From: a bacterium
GTDB taxonomy: Bacteria; Patescibacteriota; Minisyncoccia; Phycocordibacterales; UBA6899
Length of the DNA: 64,000 nt
Reading direction: 5' to 3'
NCBI GenBank assembly: GCA_043756865.1
Contig: JAYUQG010000025.1
Location: 921 to 64,920, forward strand
Shown here one piece after another: positions 49,689 through 60,021 of this stretch. Both the position numbers and the translations under genes were made by a program. Each line of letters opens with the position of its first letter. Position 1 is the first letter of the stretch. The notes beneath the pieces are model-generated. The model was not told the origin of the DNA. It did no database searches and worked only from the letters and a program-made list of their open reading frames with translations.

Positions 49689-50345
49689 TTATAAGTTGTC
49701 CTTCAGGTTACGAATTGATACTTGCGTTGTATAGGTTTGATACACCGGAGAACGACCGACGTTTGGGTCAACGGCAATATTCATCTTCACAAGCCGGACC
49801 GAGGAAATTAGCACGGGCCACGGAAGTGGGGCAGTTGATGATGCTACGCCATTGTATGTCGCATCGTAATAGGTAAATATCGGCGTCGTTGAAGAATTCT
49901 TTACATCACGAACTATTGTTGTGAGGACTTCCTGAGCTCCATTATAAAACGTTCCCGTTGGCTTGATGACTCCTTTTTTAAGCACATTGTGCACACCGTT
50001 ACTTGAAGATGTGGAGAAAAAATAGCGCACGCGCTCAACATCTCCTCCGCCATCAACATCAGAATAGAAGACGATAGAAGAAGTCGCGATTGATTCGATG
50101 GTGTATGTACCCGCCTCAGAAGGAGAGGCCGAGCGCAACTCTGAAACAAACGATTGTAAGGTTTTGCGTATTTGCTGTTGTGCAAGCAAAGAACTTTGCA
50201 ATATTTTGGAATTCGAAATAATCCCTTTTTGAAATGCAAAAATTCCCGAGCCCATCATCGCAAGTATACCCACCACCACGAGTACCTCGATAAGCGTAAA
50301 CCCCCGAGAAACGCTTTTTGGTTTTTCACAACGCAGTGCATGCAT
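49689..50345 (-). CDS. Prepilin-type minor pilin
   Basis: Class III signal peptide: SRGFTLIEVLVVVGILA. Confidence 0.65.
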   Translation of the reverse strand: MHALRCEKPKSVSRGFTLIEVLVVVGILAMMGSGIFAFQKGIISNSKILQSSLLAQQQIRKTLQSFVSELRSASPSEAGTYTIESIATSSIVFYSDVDGGGDVERVRYFFSTSSSNGVHNVLKKGVIKPTGTFYNGAQEVLTTIVRDVKNSSTTPIFTYYDATYNGVASSTAPLPWPVLISSVRLVKMNIAVDPNVGRSPVYQTYTTQVSIRNLKDNL

Positions 50346-50447
50346 ATACAGTCATTATATCTCTAAAATGAACATGCGTATCACTTGTTACGCATCCCTC
50401 TAGCCATGTATCGCCACAGCACTCAGCTAACCGAGCGCGGGGCGACC

Positions 50448-52265
50448 CTATGGCATCATTCCCACCTGCTTCTCCTGCCACGGGGTGCCCGCATTCACCA
50501 CAACCGTGTCTACTGTAGTGCTATATCCTGTCTTTGTAACAGTGAGATTGTATGTGCCATTCGAAAGACCTTGAAAAATGACTTGCCCTGGCGGCACACA
50601 CGCGGAAGTGAATGTAAACTGTGCATCAGAAATATTTGGGGTGAGCGTACTCGACGCGGTGCTTAAATACATCTTGTAACGCAAATAGCGGTGGCCATTG
50701 TGTGCCGGCGAAACATCGGTTGTGGTCGACGTGTAAAACGTGCTGGCAGTACCGTCGGGGCCTATATAGTTCCAAGAACTCGTCGAATTTCCTGTTGCAA
50801 GATGAAAAAGCGCGCTATTTACCCCCGTATCCGGTGGTTGGGTTGAAGGGAAAAATGTAAATTGATAGAAATTAGCGGGTGCCCCAGTATCAAATGTTGA
50901 CGAGGTAAGCTCTCCACTTGGTGAATAGGTACCAAGAGATTCTCTCAACTGTACCCCACCGGGGAGCCCTGACGTATCAATGTTGCCGTCATTGCTCGCA
51001 TGCATAGTAATATCCCCAATGTCACTTTGGCCCGAACCGCCCGACCAGTCTGTCTGACGAAGGTACCCTCTCCCCGTAACTTCCGTCGTAGAGGCACCCC
51101 CCCGTTCAAGTTTGACCGTAGCACCAGTAACAGGCAGCCCTGTTCCCACATCCTTCACGGTCACCACTACTGAGGACGGGTTTTTAGGCACCATTACTAA
51201 CTGTATGTTCTGTGTTGCACCGGGGGCTATGGCAATCGGGGTAAGCGGAACGATTCCCGCAACATCATATGCACTTGAAGTTGCAATAAGTGCGTATGAG
51301 TCCCACTCCACACCACTAAGCGTTTTTAATCCAGCACCATTGGTCATGGAAAACATATCGTACTTAAATACGTTGGGTGTAGTCGCAATAAGCTTACTTC
51401 CCGTGAGCTGAAAATTCACATTTGGTACAACTGCACATGAGGGAGTCACACTTGAAAAATCTAGTGTCGCAGTACGATCAATCATAAACGTAAGTTGTGT
51501 CACCGCTTGTATGGCAACCGTTGCATGTGGTTTCACGGGATTCGTTGTCGTCGGTGCACCATACGTTTGTTCTGATGAGTATCCCGTTTTACTCACGGCA
51601 ATTTCATACGACCCCACTGCTGGTGGTGCCCCAACAAGCTGCAGCATGCCCGTGAGCGTTGTGCTGTCGTTGATATTTACCACGGGCACACTTGACCCAT
51701 TGTACACACGCACATTTGCGGAAGGTACAGGGAGCCCACCGGAATCAATGACACGCACAAACAATGAACCATCAGTGGAGGCGCTCTCGAGATTGAGAGG
51801 AGCAATGCTCGTGGTAAATATTAGCGGACGGAAATTTGGACAGGATACACAGGATAACTCAACCTCCACCAATTTATTATCTGCAGGAGAAAGGTCATCA
51901 GGGGCACCGCCGGCAGTACCATCAAATGGCTGGTCAAGGTTACGAACAGTTGTTGTGGAAATGAACGTTTTTCCTCCAGAAATGACTGTCTGCACGGGTG
52001 GAATCACTCCCGCAGGAATTCCCCCAATGGTTCCCACCTGAGCATACGGAAGATTGCGGATAATTTCGAACTGCGCGTTCGCCGCAGCTGTTGCGTCTAC
52101 TCGCGCCTGTGCATACCGCGCCACCACAAACACGCGTTGATACGTTGCAAAAATGGTTGTCGCGATAAAAGCAAACAAGGCAACACCAATCACTGTTTCA
52201 ATAAGTGACAGGCCACGCATATGCCCTGCATAATTTGTTGAAGAAATATATGTTCGGTTGATCAT
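50448..52265 (-). CDS. Large prepilin-type protein (605 aa)
   Basis: RGLSLIETVIGVALFAFI prepilin N-terminus followed by a long Thr/Ser/Gly-rich beta-rich body. Confidence 0.6.
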   Translation of the reverse strand: MINRTYISSTNYAGHMRGLSLIETVIGVALFAFIATTIFATYQRVFVVARYAQARVDATAAANAQFEIIRNLPYAQVGTIGGIPAGVIPPVQTVISGGKTFISTTTVRNLDQPFDGTAGGAPDDLSPADNKLVEVELSCVSCPNFRPLIFTTSIAPLNLESASTDGSLFVRVIDSGGLPVPSANVRVYNGSSVPVVNINDSTTLTGMLQLVGAPPAVGSYEIAVSKTGYSSEQTYGAPTTTNPVKPHATVAIQAVTQLTFMIDRTATLDFSSVTPSCAVVPNVNFQLTGSKLIATTPNVFKYDMFSMTNGAGLKTLSGVEWDSYALIATSSAYDVAGIVPLTPIAIAPGATQNIQLVMVPKNPSSVVVTVKDVGTGLPVTGATVKLERGGASTTEVTGRGYLRQTDWSGGSGQSDIGDITMHASNDGNIDTSGLPGGVQLRESLGTYSPSGELTSSTFDTGAPANFYQFTFFPSTQPPDTGVNSALFHLATGNSTSSWNYIGPDGTASTFYTSTTTDVSPAHNGHRYLRYKMYLSTASSTLTPNISDAQFTFTSACVPPGQVIFQGLSNGTYNLTVTKTGYSTTVDTVVVNAGTPWQEKQVGMMP

Positions 52266-52288
52266 ATCAAAAACACAAACAAGGAAAA

Positions 52289-54118
52289 TTAAAACTCATT
52301 CCATCGATTCGCATTCCATGCTCCTGTAGTAGAGGTGGCCGAGGATGTAAATGTGAGACTTGCCACTATCGGGTCGTAATTGATCGCCGCGTTGTTTTGC
52401 AGACTTATCATGTAACCCACAACGGCGGTAACAACAGCATTATTTGATATATCAAGCAACGACTCGGTCGTGTAAAAAAGCGCTCCGTCAACGTTATTTT
52501 CTATCGCCAGTGCGCTATTATTTGTCGTGCACCCCGTACCCACCGTACCCATGCACCCTTGTTTTGTAGAAAGCAGCATCACAAAACTTCCGGGAGTTCC
52601 CGAGCCCATAAACGTCACGTTATTACGCACACGAATATAGCCATCCACAATCACCACACAACTATTGCCTAGAAAGGCGAATGCGCAACGGACCTGACTA
52701 TTATTATTGACATCCATATTTCCCGTAATGTGCAGAGTCCCATTTATCGTCAAGGTCACTCCCCCATCAATAACTAAATTACCGTCTATCTTCTTCGGGC
52801 CCATCGCCAATGGAAACGTATTGCACGCTGGAACTCCGCCCACACCACAGTTGCCAGTAATCGTCGCTCCGGAGGCCGCGTCCGTTTTCCACTGAGCAAT
52901 GGTTGTAGTGGAAAGTGGGAGCGGAATACTGGGTGGGGTTGGTGAACCAGGGAATGAGGTTCCTCCAACGGTCGACCCCGAAATCGTTTGGTAGTAGGCG
53001 CTACCTCCAATTGTTGTATTCACAATGGAATCCGCTTTTGCGGCACCGGAAATAACGAGGTCTCTAATTTGACTCACTCCTCCTCCAAGTGTGATTTTAA
53101 AAGCCATGTCGCCCGCAACGGCAGTCCATGCCCCCGCAGTACTCCAGTCTAATTTATAAAAAGGTGAATGGCCCGCATATGTATCGCTATTGCTTCTACA
53201 CCACGTCCAATACTTGGAAGCGCTCTGCGTCGCATCCAACACAATCCAATATGGAGTTGCAGGATTAAGCGTTGCCGGAACAGTAAACCCAATATCAACC
53301 CAACCATACGTAGTAGCGACCAAGGAATTATCGAGTACTTGGGTAGCGAGTGCTGTCGTACCCGGTGCCCCTGCATTGTCCGCCACAATCTGTATATTTG
53401 CACCTGTGGGGTTGCTATTGCGTTTTATATATAGAGACACCTTTGCGAGAGGAGACGGGGTGGACGTACTAATCATAAAACGTTGGGCAAAGTCGATATC
53501 CGGGTTCGCGCGACCCACTGTTTCATCTACCACACAAATGGTTGAACTTGCCAACATGTCCGCAGCCAGCGATGAGCCAGAAATTGCATTTCCGGTAATC
53601 AGCACATTAGAGCCTCCGATAATTTGCCCACTTGAATAGACGTCACCATTTGCTAACCCGATTCCATCAATGGAAGTGTTGTTACTCAGCCGTAGTCCGC
53701 CCGCACCCACCTGTGCACCGTATGGAAAATTCACACTGACAGACTTATTCATCTTCATAAACAACTTGCGAACTTGTTGCTTTGAAACTCCAGTAGAATA
53801 AATTTCTCTTTCCGTGACGGTGACATCAACGACTGCCACTGTTGTGGTCGCACCATTCATCACGAGCGTTTGGGAGGCAGGTACATTACGTCCAGTAATT
53901 GTGCGGTAAAAAATATCTTCGATTCCCGCCTCTGCGACAACATGGGCATATTTTGATGTTACCAGCCCACTGTAGAGGCGAAGTTCGGCTATTGCGACAA
54001 GTGTGACCATCTGAAGAATAGCAACAGATATTCCCACAAAAAACAAAATAACAAGAAGCATGGCTGCACCGCGCGAGCGTTGAACTGATCCACGAGTTGT
54101 TACTGGTGTGTGTGTCAT
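52289..54118 (-). CDS. Large PilX-N-like pilus protein (609 aa) with repetitive Asn/Gly/Thr-rich segments
   Basis: SRGAAMLLVILFFVGISVAIL N-terminus. Repetitive GN/NN-rich C-terminus suggests a beta-helix. Confidence 0.55.
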   Translation of the reverse strand: MTHTPVTTRGSVQRSRGAAMLLVILFFVGISVAILQMVTLVAIAELRLYSGLVTSKYAHVVAEAGIEDIFYRTITGRNVPASQTLVMNGATTTVAVVDVTVTEREIYSTGVSKQQVRKLFMKMNKSVSVNFPYGAQVGAGGLRLSNNTSIDGIGLANGDVYSSGQIIGGSNVLITGNAISGSSLAADMLASSTICVVDETVGRANPDIDFAQRFMISTSTPSPLAKVSLYIKRNSNPTGANIQIVADNAGAPGTTALATQVLDNSLVATTYGWVDIGFTVPATLNPATPYWIVLDATQSASKYWTWCRSNSDTYAGHSPFYKLDWSTAGAWTAVAGDMAFKITLGGGVSQIRDLVISGAAKADSIVNTTIGGSAYYQTISGSTVGGTSFPGSPTPPSIPLPLSTTTIAQWKTDAASGATITGNCGVGGVPACNTFPLAMGPKKIDGNLVIDGGVTLTINGTLHITGNMDVNNNSQVRCAFAFLGNSCVVIVDGYIRVRNNVTFMGSGTPGSFVMLLSTKQGCMGTVGTGCTTNNSALAIENNVDGALFYTTESLLDISNNAVVTAVVGYMISLQNNAAINYDPIVASLTFTSSATSTTGAWNANRWNEF

Positions 54119-54123
54119 ATCAC

Positions 54124-54642
54124 TTAGTACGTACCGCGCATAATCGTCGTATTATAAAAATGATCAATGTCGGTGATAGACCCACGAGTGGACTCGAGAT
54201 GCAGCTCCGTCTTTACCCCAATTGTGGCACCTGCGGCGACATAGTAAAAAACCAGTCCGTCTATTTTTGTACGGGAAGAAAGAAGCGAGCCGCGGTCTAC
54301 TCCATTTTCCCTGACGCGCAAAGACGATGTCGCAACATAATACTCAACGGTCATTGACGTCCCCGATGCGCTCACGGTTTGAAAAGTGAGGCGACCGGGA
54401 TTTGCCCCGAATGTGCTGTTCACAAGATCGATTTGCGTTCCGCCTCGGAGATCGCGGGTGAGGCGCTCCATCACCGTCACGGCTGAATCATTAATATCTC
54501 GTGTCGCGCGAAGTTCATTTGAAATACGGATTGCACTCATGAGCGAATTCACTAGCACGACTGATATCATGGCAAATAGCCCAATGTAGACAGTGAGCTC
54601 TACCATTGAAAAACCCCTCTGTTTGTTATGGTACATCTGCAT
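54124..54642 (-). CDS. Prepilin-type pseudopilin
   Basis: QRGFSMVELTVYIGLFAMI. Confidence 0.65.
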   Translation of the reverse strand: MQMYHNKQRGFSMVELTVYIGLFAMISVVLVNSLMSAIRISNELRATRDINDSAVTVMERLTRDLRGGTQIDLVNSTFGANPGRLTFQTVSASGTSMTVEYYVATSSLRVRENGVDRGSLLSSRTKIDGLVFYYVAAGATIGVKTELHLESTRGSITDIDHFYNTTIMRGTY

Positions 54643-54643
54643 A

Positions 54644-55162
54644 TTAGTTGCTGAAAAGGTTCGTTATGTAAGTTTCAGCCGAATCGGTGGTAGAAGCATT
54701 TCCGCCCTTTCTTGGCCAAGACACGTCGATATGAATCTTTTTTGTACCTGGATCGTGTGTTCCAGTGCTCGCGATTGTGTCATTCACGTCACGAAACACG
54801 TCGGTAATAAGCACGCTTCTGGTAAAGACGTTCTCAATTTTTTGCACGGTAGTTGTGGCACCCCATACGGTGCCGTTCCAATATAGATAATACGCGGTGG
54901 TTGTCGAAAGTGGTGCGACGCGGAGTGCCCAGCTTTCATCGCGCAGAAGCTTTATAACGTCCATTCCCTCCTCAATTAAAAATCCGGACTGTATGTGGCG
55001 TGTAGTATCCTGACTCACATCAAGCACTTTCTTGTAATAGGTAACAAGCGCAACCATAAAAAATGAGAAAATGCTTGCAACAACAACTACTTCGATGAGG
55101 GAAAATCCGCGCGCGTTCGGAGTTTTCTTTATTTGGTAAAGTGGGGTACTTCTTGAGTGCAT
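54644..55162 (-). CDS. Prepilin-type pseudopilin
   Basis: ARGFSLIEVVVVASIFSF. Confidence 0.65.
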   Translation of the reverse strand: MHSRSTPLYQIKKTPNARGFSLIEVVVVASIFSFFMVALVTYYKKVLDVSQDTTRHIQSGFLIEEGMDVIKLLRDESWALRVAPLSTTTAYYLYWNGTVWGATTTVQKIENVFTRSVLITDVFRDVNDTIASTGTHDPGTKKIHIDVSWPRKGGNASTTDSAETYITNLFSN

Positions 55163-55243
55163 ACGTACTCTAATTGCTGGGGTGCCGCCTTTTGCCTGCA
55201 GTCAGATTACACCCAGTATAGCAAACAAGATGCAGTGCAGGAA

Positions 55244-55729
55244 TCACTGGAGAGAAACAACACCAACCTGACTAATACTGATGGTGTTCTTGGTCGTGGT
55301 TGCAGACTTTGCGCGCACCACAAATGACCCATACTGCATGGTCCCCCCCTGAATACGACCAAAGAATACTTCCGCTCCCCCACCATTCAGGCTAATGTCC
55401 GCAATTTCTACAGTGGAAGGGAGTTTGTACCGGATATTCCCCACAGCAGTATCACCAGGATATGTAGCACCTTTAAAATAAATAACTTCGTCACTTTGTA
55501 CTGCAACCCCGTAGGGGCTGTCGTTTTTTGAGGAAATAGTGTCGAGGTGCGCCTGAGAAAACGCAACCATCACCATTTCGACGGCGGCATCAAGGTTCTT
55601 GCGTGCGCGAAATTGCGAAAATGAGAGGATAATAACCGCAGCAATAAGCGACATGATCCCAATGGCGATCACCATATCCACAAGTGAAAAACCTTGCTGG
55701 TACTTACGGGCTATAATTTTGTACTGCAT
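55244..55729 (-). CDS. Prepilin-type pseudopilin (GspH/FimT-like)
   Basis: QQGFSLVDMVIAIGIMSL. Confidence 0.65.
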   Translation of the reverse strand: MQYKIIARKYQQGFSLVDMVIAIGIMSLIAAVIILSFSQFRARKNLDAAVEMVMVAFSQAHLDTISSKNDSPYGVAVQSDEVIYFKGATYPGDTAVGNIRYKLPSTVEIADISLNGGGAEVFFGRIQGGTMQYGSFVVRAKSATTTKNTISISQVGVVSLQ

Positions 55730-55751
55730 ACATCAGGAATGTCCTAGCTGT

Positions 55752-56969
55752 CTAGATATTCGTCATGAGGGTATACATCGGAGTAATCATTGCGATGGCA
55801 AAAATACCCACAAAGATTGCGATAGTTACCATGAGTAGCGGCTCAATGAGTTTCGACATGTCCGCAGTAGCCTGATCAACTTCTTCTTCATAAAAAATAG
55901 CAATCTTTAAAAGCATTCCGGAGAGTTGCCCCGTCTCTTCCCCCACTTCCATCATGTCTCCAACCATCACCGGATAAATTTCAGCATTGTCGATAAACAC
56001 CTTTGAAAGCGGCACACCTTTCTGCACGTCTGCCTTCGCCTGATCAAGTGTTTCCTTGTAAAAAATATTAGTCGCAACATCCCTGGTGATTTCAATAGCG
56101 TGCACAATGTCGACGCCAGCAGAGATGAGCGAGGAAAGTGTGCGTGTCACAAGCGCAGAGTTGAATTCCTTAATCAGCTTTCCAAAAATCGGAGAGCGCA
56201 GTACTGTCCACGCTATCGCACGGCTTCCATACGGCGTTGACTGAAACCACCAGAACGCACCTCCAAATATTGCAGCGCCGAGAATCGCAAACAGGTAATC
56301 ATTTTGCAAGAAATCACTCACCGCGATAACTCCACGCGTAAGTGGAGGAAGAGCAACTTCCATTTCTTTAAATGTCGAAGAGAGTCCGGGAACGACATAA
56401 ATCATCATCAGCACACCGACGGCGAGCATGACGAGAAGCACAATCGCGGGATACATCATCGCGCCCTTCACTTTCTTTTTGAGTGTGTAAGTCTTCTCCA
56501 TTTGCCCACCAACGGTATTTAATGCTTCAACAAGACCCCCCGACTCTTCTCCCGCACGCACCATTGAAACAAATACGGGCTCAAATACCTTGGGAAACTT
56601 TTCCATTGCGTCGGAAAGTGCAATGCCTTTATTGATATCCTCAATAATGGAGCGAAGCACTTCGCGCATTTTTGGGTTCTGTGTTTGCTTCAAGAAGATT
56701 TGGAGAGAGCGCGAAAGAGGAAGCCCAGCTTGTATCATGGTTGCAAGATTACGTGAAAGCAGAATCTTTTCACGCAGGTCAACGCGAGAAAGGAACGCGT
56801 TAATCTTATCCATATTGAAAGAATGCTCCGACATCTCGGTTGCAGTAAGTAGCAGTTTCCCTTCTGCCTTCATGTTCTTTGCAAGCTCGAACTTATCAGA
56901 CGCCTCACCAGTACCTTCCATTTCAGCGCCGGTCGCCATGAGCTGCGCCTTGTATATATATTTTGGCAT
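55752..56969 (-). CDS. pilC: Type IV pilus platform protein PilC/GspF
   Basis: Two GspF repeats, three TMs. Start at MPKYIYKAQL. Confidence 0.85.
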   Translation of the reverse strand: MPKYIYKAQLMATGAEMEGTGEASDKFELAKNMKAEGKLLLTATEMSEHSFNMDKINAFLSRVDLREKILLSRNLATMIQAGLPLSRSLQIFLKQTQNPKMREVLRSIIEDINKGIALSDAMEKFPKVFEPVFVSMVRAGEESGGLVEALNTVGGQMEKTYTLKKKVKGAMMYPAIVLLVMLAVGVLMMIYVVPGLSSTFKEMEVALPPLTRGVIAVSDFLQNDYLFAILGAAIFGGAFWWFQSTPYGSRAIAWTVLRSPIFGKLIKEFNSALVTRTLSSLISAGVDIVHAIEITRDVATNIFYKETLDQAKADVQKGVPLSKVFIDNAEIYPVMVGDMMEVGEETGQLSGMLLKIAIFYEEEVDQATADMSKLIEPLLMVTIAIFVGIFAIAMITPMYTLMTNI

Positions 56970-57044
56970 ACTGTTTCTATTATATAGTATTCTTTTGAAA
57001 CAATTGGGGCATTTGCGCGACGAATGTGTACAACCCACTGACCT

Positions 57045-57620
57045 TTACCTTGCGACCTCACTACATGGTGCAAAATCACACATAGGTGGGACCCGTTTTG
57101 CATTCTCACCGTTAGGGCAAACTTTTTGGTCTGGAGTACACATGACTCCTCCACCGGGCAATTTTACTCTTGCCCTGTTTGCCGTCGTCGGATCTGGGGC
57201 TGGTGAAGTATTTGCCTCTACTGATGAGCTTGCAGTAGTATTTTTAGGCACAACAACCGCAGTCACCTGTGTGCTGTCTACTGAAAGACTGGAAATCACA
57301 TAGCGATCCAATAAAACGTAAGTAAGTGCAGCAAACCCAAGAATTGCCCCAAGTGGGAGCATCCAATGCGTCACAAAGTGTAGTAAACTGCGACCCTTAT
57401 GCAGTAAATGTTCCTTGCGCTCTATGCTTTTCAGTTCATCGTGCTCAAATGCATCTTTCAGCGTGCTTCTTTTTGTCAGGTTCAAAAAGTTTCTCCCGTA
57501 CTGCAAATCTTGAGGTGACCATGTACCGAGCATGAGCTGCTGTTCAATCTCGTCATCACGCAAGCCATCAAGGCGTGCCTGCTTAATTTGTGCAATAACG
57601 GGCTTTTCCGATTCATCCAT
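57045..57620 (-). CDS. Bitopic membrane protein of unknown function within the pilus cluster
   Basis: Cytoplasmic N-terminus, one TM (LPLGAILGFAALTYVLL), extracytoplasmic Cys-containing tail. Start chosen at MDESEK. Confidence 0.4.
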   Translation of the reverse strand: MDESEKPVIAQIKQARLDGLRDDEIEQQLMLGTWSPQDLQYGRNFLNLTKRSTLKDAFEHDELKSIERKEHLLHKGRSLLHFVTHWMLPLGAILGFAALTYVLLDRYVISSLSVDSTQVTAVVVPKNTTASSSVEANTSPAPDPTTANRARVKLPGGGVMCTPDQKVCPNGENAKRVPPMCDFAPCSEVAR

Positions 57621-57681
57621 ATAAATAATTATACAGCAAAGCAGATACTTCTCCACAACCGAGGCTCCTCAGCTGTGCTAC

Positions 57682-57700
57682 AAAAAAACCGAGCATGTGC
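57682..57700 (-). terminator. Rho-independent terminator
   Basis: Minus strand: ccgagc-gcacat-gctcgg followed by TTTTTTT. Confidence 0.55.
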
Positions 57701-57707
57701 GCTCGGT

Positions 57708-58022
57708 TTATAACTTCGTTTGCTTTTCAAGATAAAAATCCCAGACCGTACGTCCTCCAAATCCCCCACGCTCCGCTCGCTTCTTGTCGCGCAATGCATA
57801 CAGTTGATGCATGGAAATTGACTTGTGTTCCGCAAGCGCGCGAATTATCTCAAGTATGTCTGCGAGCTCCTCGGGAGACTCGCTATCCATAAACTCTATA
57901 ACCTCCTCAAAAAGCTTCTCTTTCAAAAGCGCCGAATACTCAGCGTCAGAAGCGACATGTGTGAGCATTGTCTCCCCTTTGGCCATGGCGATTTCAGGTA
58001 TCTTATCGCGAATCAGTTTCAT
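57708..58022 (-). CDS. MazG-like nucleotide pyrophosphohydrolase (small single-domain)
   Basis: 104-aa all-alpha protein with EExxE/EELADILE metal-binding pattern of the MazG/HisE-like fold. Confidence 0.65.
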   Translation of the reverse strand: MKLIRDKIPEIAMAKGETMLTHVASDAEYSALLKEKLFEEVIEFMDSESPEELADILEIIRALAEHKSISMHQLYALRDKKRAERGGFGGRTVWDFYLEKQTKL

Positions 58023-58153
58023 GGGACAATTCCCTCATATCTTACTGCTTCTATGCTACTGGGCAAACCGCATTCGGGCAATTTTATAGAGTACGGTTGC
58101 CACAACTGCACAAGTAAGTGTGCGCAGCTCCAGCAAAGGAGGTGAATTAAGCG

Positions 58154-59944
58154 TTATTCGCTTACGACTCTATAGACCTCCTCAATGGTGGTCTGCCCTT
58201 GAGCTGCCTTATAGATACCATCTTCAAGCATTGTGAGCATGCCTTCTTTGCGTGCTTGGTCTTCAATCTTCTCGGCAGATGAATTCACTACCGCAAGGTC
58301 ACGGATGCCGGTCGTCATACGGAGCACTTCATGGATGCCGATACGTCCTTTATATCCCTCATCACACTCTGGTGAGGACTTCGGTTTGTAAAACGGAATA
58401 TTGTCCCAGTCGGCGTCCTTGCCTACAACATTTTCCTCTTTGAGCGCCTTGAGTACGCGGTCGAGATTTGCCTTCTTTCCGAGTGCATCAATTTCTGCTT
58501 TTGTGAGTGTGTATTTTTCTTTGACACCGCAGAGCTTGCGCACAAGTCGTTGCCCAATAATAACGTTCACGGTTGAAATAATAAGAAACGGCTCAGCACC
58601 CATGTCGATAAAGCGCGGGAGTGTGCCGGCTGCGGAATTTGTATGCAGTGTCGAGAGCACAAGATGTCCGGTGAGTGCCGCATTGATGCCGAGTGAGGCG
58701 GTTTCACTATCACGAATTTCTCCCACCATGATAATGTCAGGGTCCTGACGCAGTAGCGCGCGCAAGCCCATGGCAAACGTCAATCCGATATCAGGCTTCA
58801 CCTGTGTTTGGTTGATGCGTGGCATCTGATACTCAATCGGGTCTTCAATAGTGGAAATATTTACGTCAGGTTTATTCAAAATGTCGAGCACCGTATAGAG
58901 CGTTGTTGTCTTTCCCGAACCCGTTGGTCCTGTAACTAAGACCATGCCCACGCGTTGATTCATCGCATCATGCAGCGCCTCAAGACCTTGTCCATGAAAC
59001 CCGAGTGACTCAAGCGAAAATCCACCCGATGATTCCCGCAAAAGACGCATAACCGTCTTTTCACCGTGATGTGTGGGAAGTGTCGAAACGCGGAATGACA
59101 CTTTTTCGTTGTTCAATTGAATCTTGAAACGACCGTCTTGAGGGAGACGTTTTTCATCAAGTTTCAAATTTGAAAGCACTTTGATTCGCGCGGTAATACC
59201 CGGCGCGGAGTCGCGAGGCAACACCATCGCATCGTGCAGAATACCGTCGATACGGTAGCGCACGAGCAATTGGTTTTCCATCGGCTCAATATGAATATCA
59301 GATGCGTTTTGAATAATTGCATGATTCAACAGCGTATCCACGATACGCACCACAGGCAAATCTTCGGCGAGCTTCTTCAGGTCCTTTTCTGAGGCAGGAT
59401 TGTCCTCGTCATCTGCAAGCATTTGAATCGACTGTGCCTCCTGTTGAATAATGTCACCAAACTCCGCCTTCAGTGATTTCTGGTACTGCAGTAGCGCACC
59501 CTTCACAGAGTCTTGGTCAGTGAGACGAGTCAAAACACGCGTTCCTACCTTTTTGCGCACAAAGTCGATTGCTTCGAGGTCGTCAACATCGAGCATCGCA
59601 ACTTCGAGTCCCGAGTCGGTTTTCCGAAACGCGACGATATTATGCTTCCGCGCGATAGGCTCGGGAATGAGGGAGAGTATTCCAAAATCAATTTTTTGAC
59701 CCTTCAAGTCAACAAATGGAATACCAAGAATGTACGCCTGCACGCGACGTAAATCATCCGAAGAAATCTTGCCCTGAGTGATGAGCACGTCACCGACACT
59801 ACCGCCTGATTTTTCAGCGTCTTTCTCCGCAGACAGGACTTCAGCACGAGTGGCGAGCCCTGAATCGAGTATAAACTTCTTGAGTTTGCTTTCTTGGACA
59901 AGCATGGTTTTTGCTTCCTCTATTATATGTGGTATTTCGTACAT
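58154..59944 (-). CDS. pilB: Type IV pilus assembly ATPase PilB/GspE
   Basis: N-terminal GSPII domain. Walker A GPTGSGKTTT. Asp and His boxes. 596 aa. Confidence 0.9.
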   Translation of the reverse strand: MYEIPHIIEEAKTMLVQESKLKKFILDSGLATRAEVLSAEKDAEKSGGSVGDVLITQGKISSDDLRRVQAYILGIPFVDLKGQKIDFGILSLIPEPIARKHNIVAFRKTDSGLEVAMLDVDDLEAIDFVRKKVGTRVLTRLTDQDSVKGALLQYQKSLKAEFGDIIQQEAQSIQMLADDEDNPASEKDLKKLAEDLPVVRIVDTLLNHAIIQNASDIHIEPMENQLLVRYRIDGILHDAMVLPRDSAPGITARIKVLSNLKLDEKRLPQDGRFKIQLNNEKVSFRVSTLPTHHGEKTVMRLLRESSGGFSLESLGFHGQGLEALHDAMNQRVGMVLVTGPTGSGKTTTLYTVLDILNKPDVNISTIEDPIEYQMPRINQTQVKPDIGLTFAMGLRALLRQDPDIIMVGEIRDSETASLGINAALTGHLVLSTLHTNSAAGTLPRFIDMGAEPFLIISTVNVIIGQRLVRKLCGVKEKYTLTKAEIDALGKKANLDRVLKALKEENVVGKDADWDNIPFYKPKSSPECDEGYKGRIGIHEVLRMTTGIRDLAVVNSSAEKIEDQARKEGMLTMLEDGIYKAAQGQTTIEEVYRVVSE

Positions 59945-59976
59945 GGGAAAGCAAAACGTGTCTCAGCACAGAGCGC

Positions 59977-59989
59977 GGGGGGGGGGGGG
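59977..59989. repeat. G13 homopolymeric tract (C13 on the pilB strand), ~33 nt upstream of the pilB start
   Basis: gcgcGGGGGGGGGGGGGtgaattgaca. Adjacent to the nusA -35 box on the other strand. Confidence 0.8.
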
Positions 59990-59993
59990 TGAA

Positions 59994-60021
59994 TTGACAA
60001 CGGTGCTTGCGTAGGTATACT
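59994..60021 (+). promoter_or_regulatory. Candidate sigma70-type promoter for nusA
   Basis: TTGACA (59994-59999), 16-nt spacer, TATACT (60016-60021). Confidence 0.45.
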
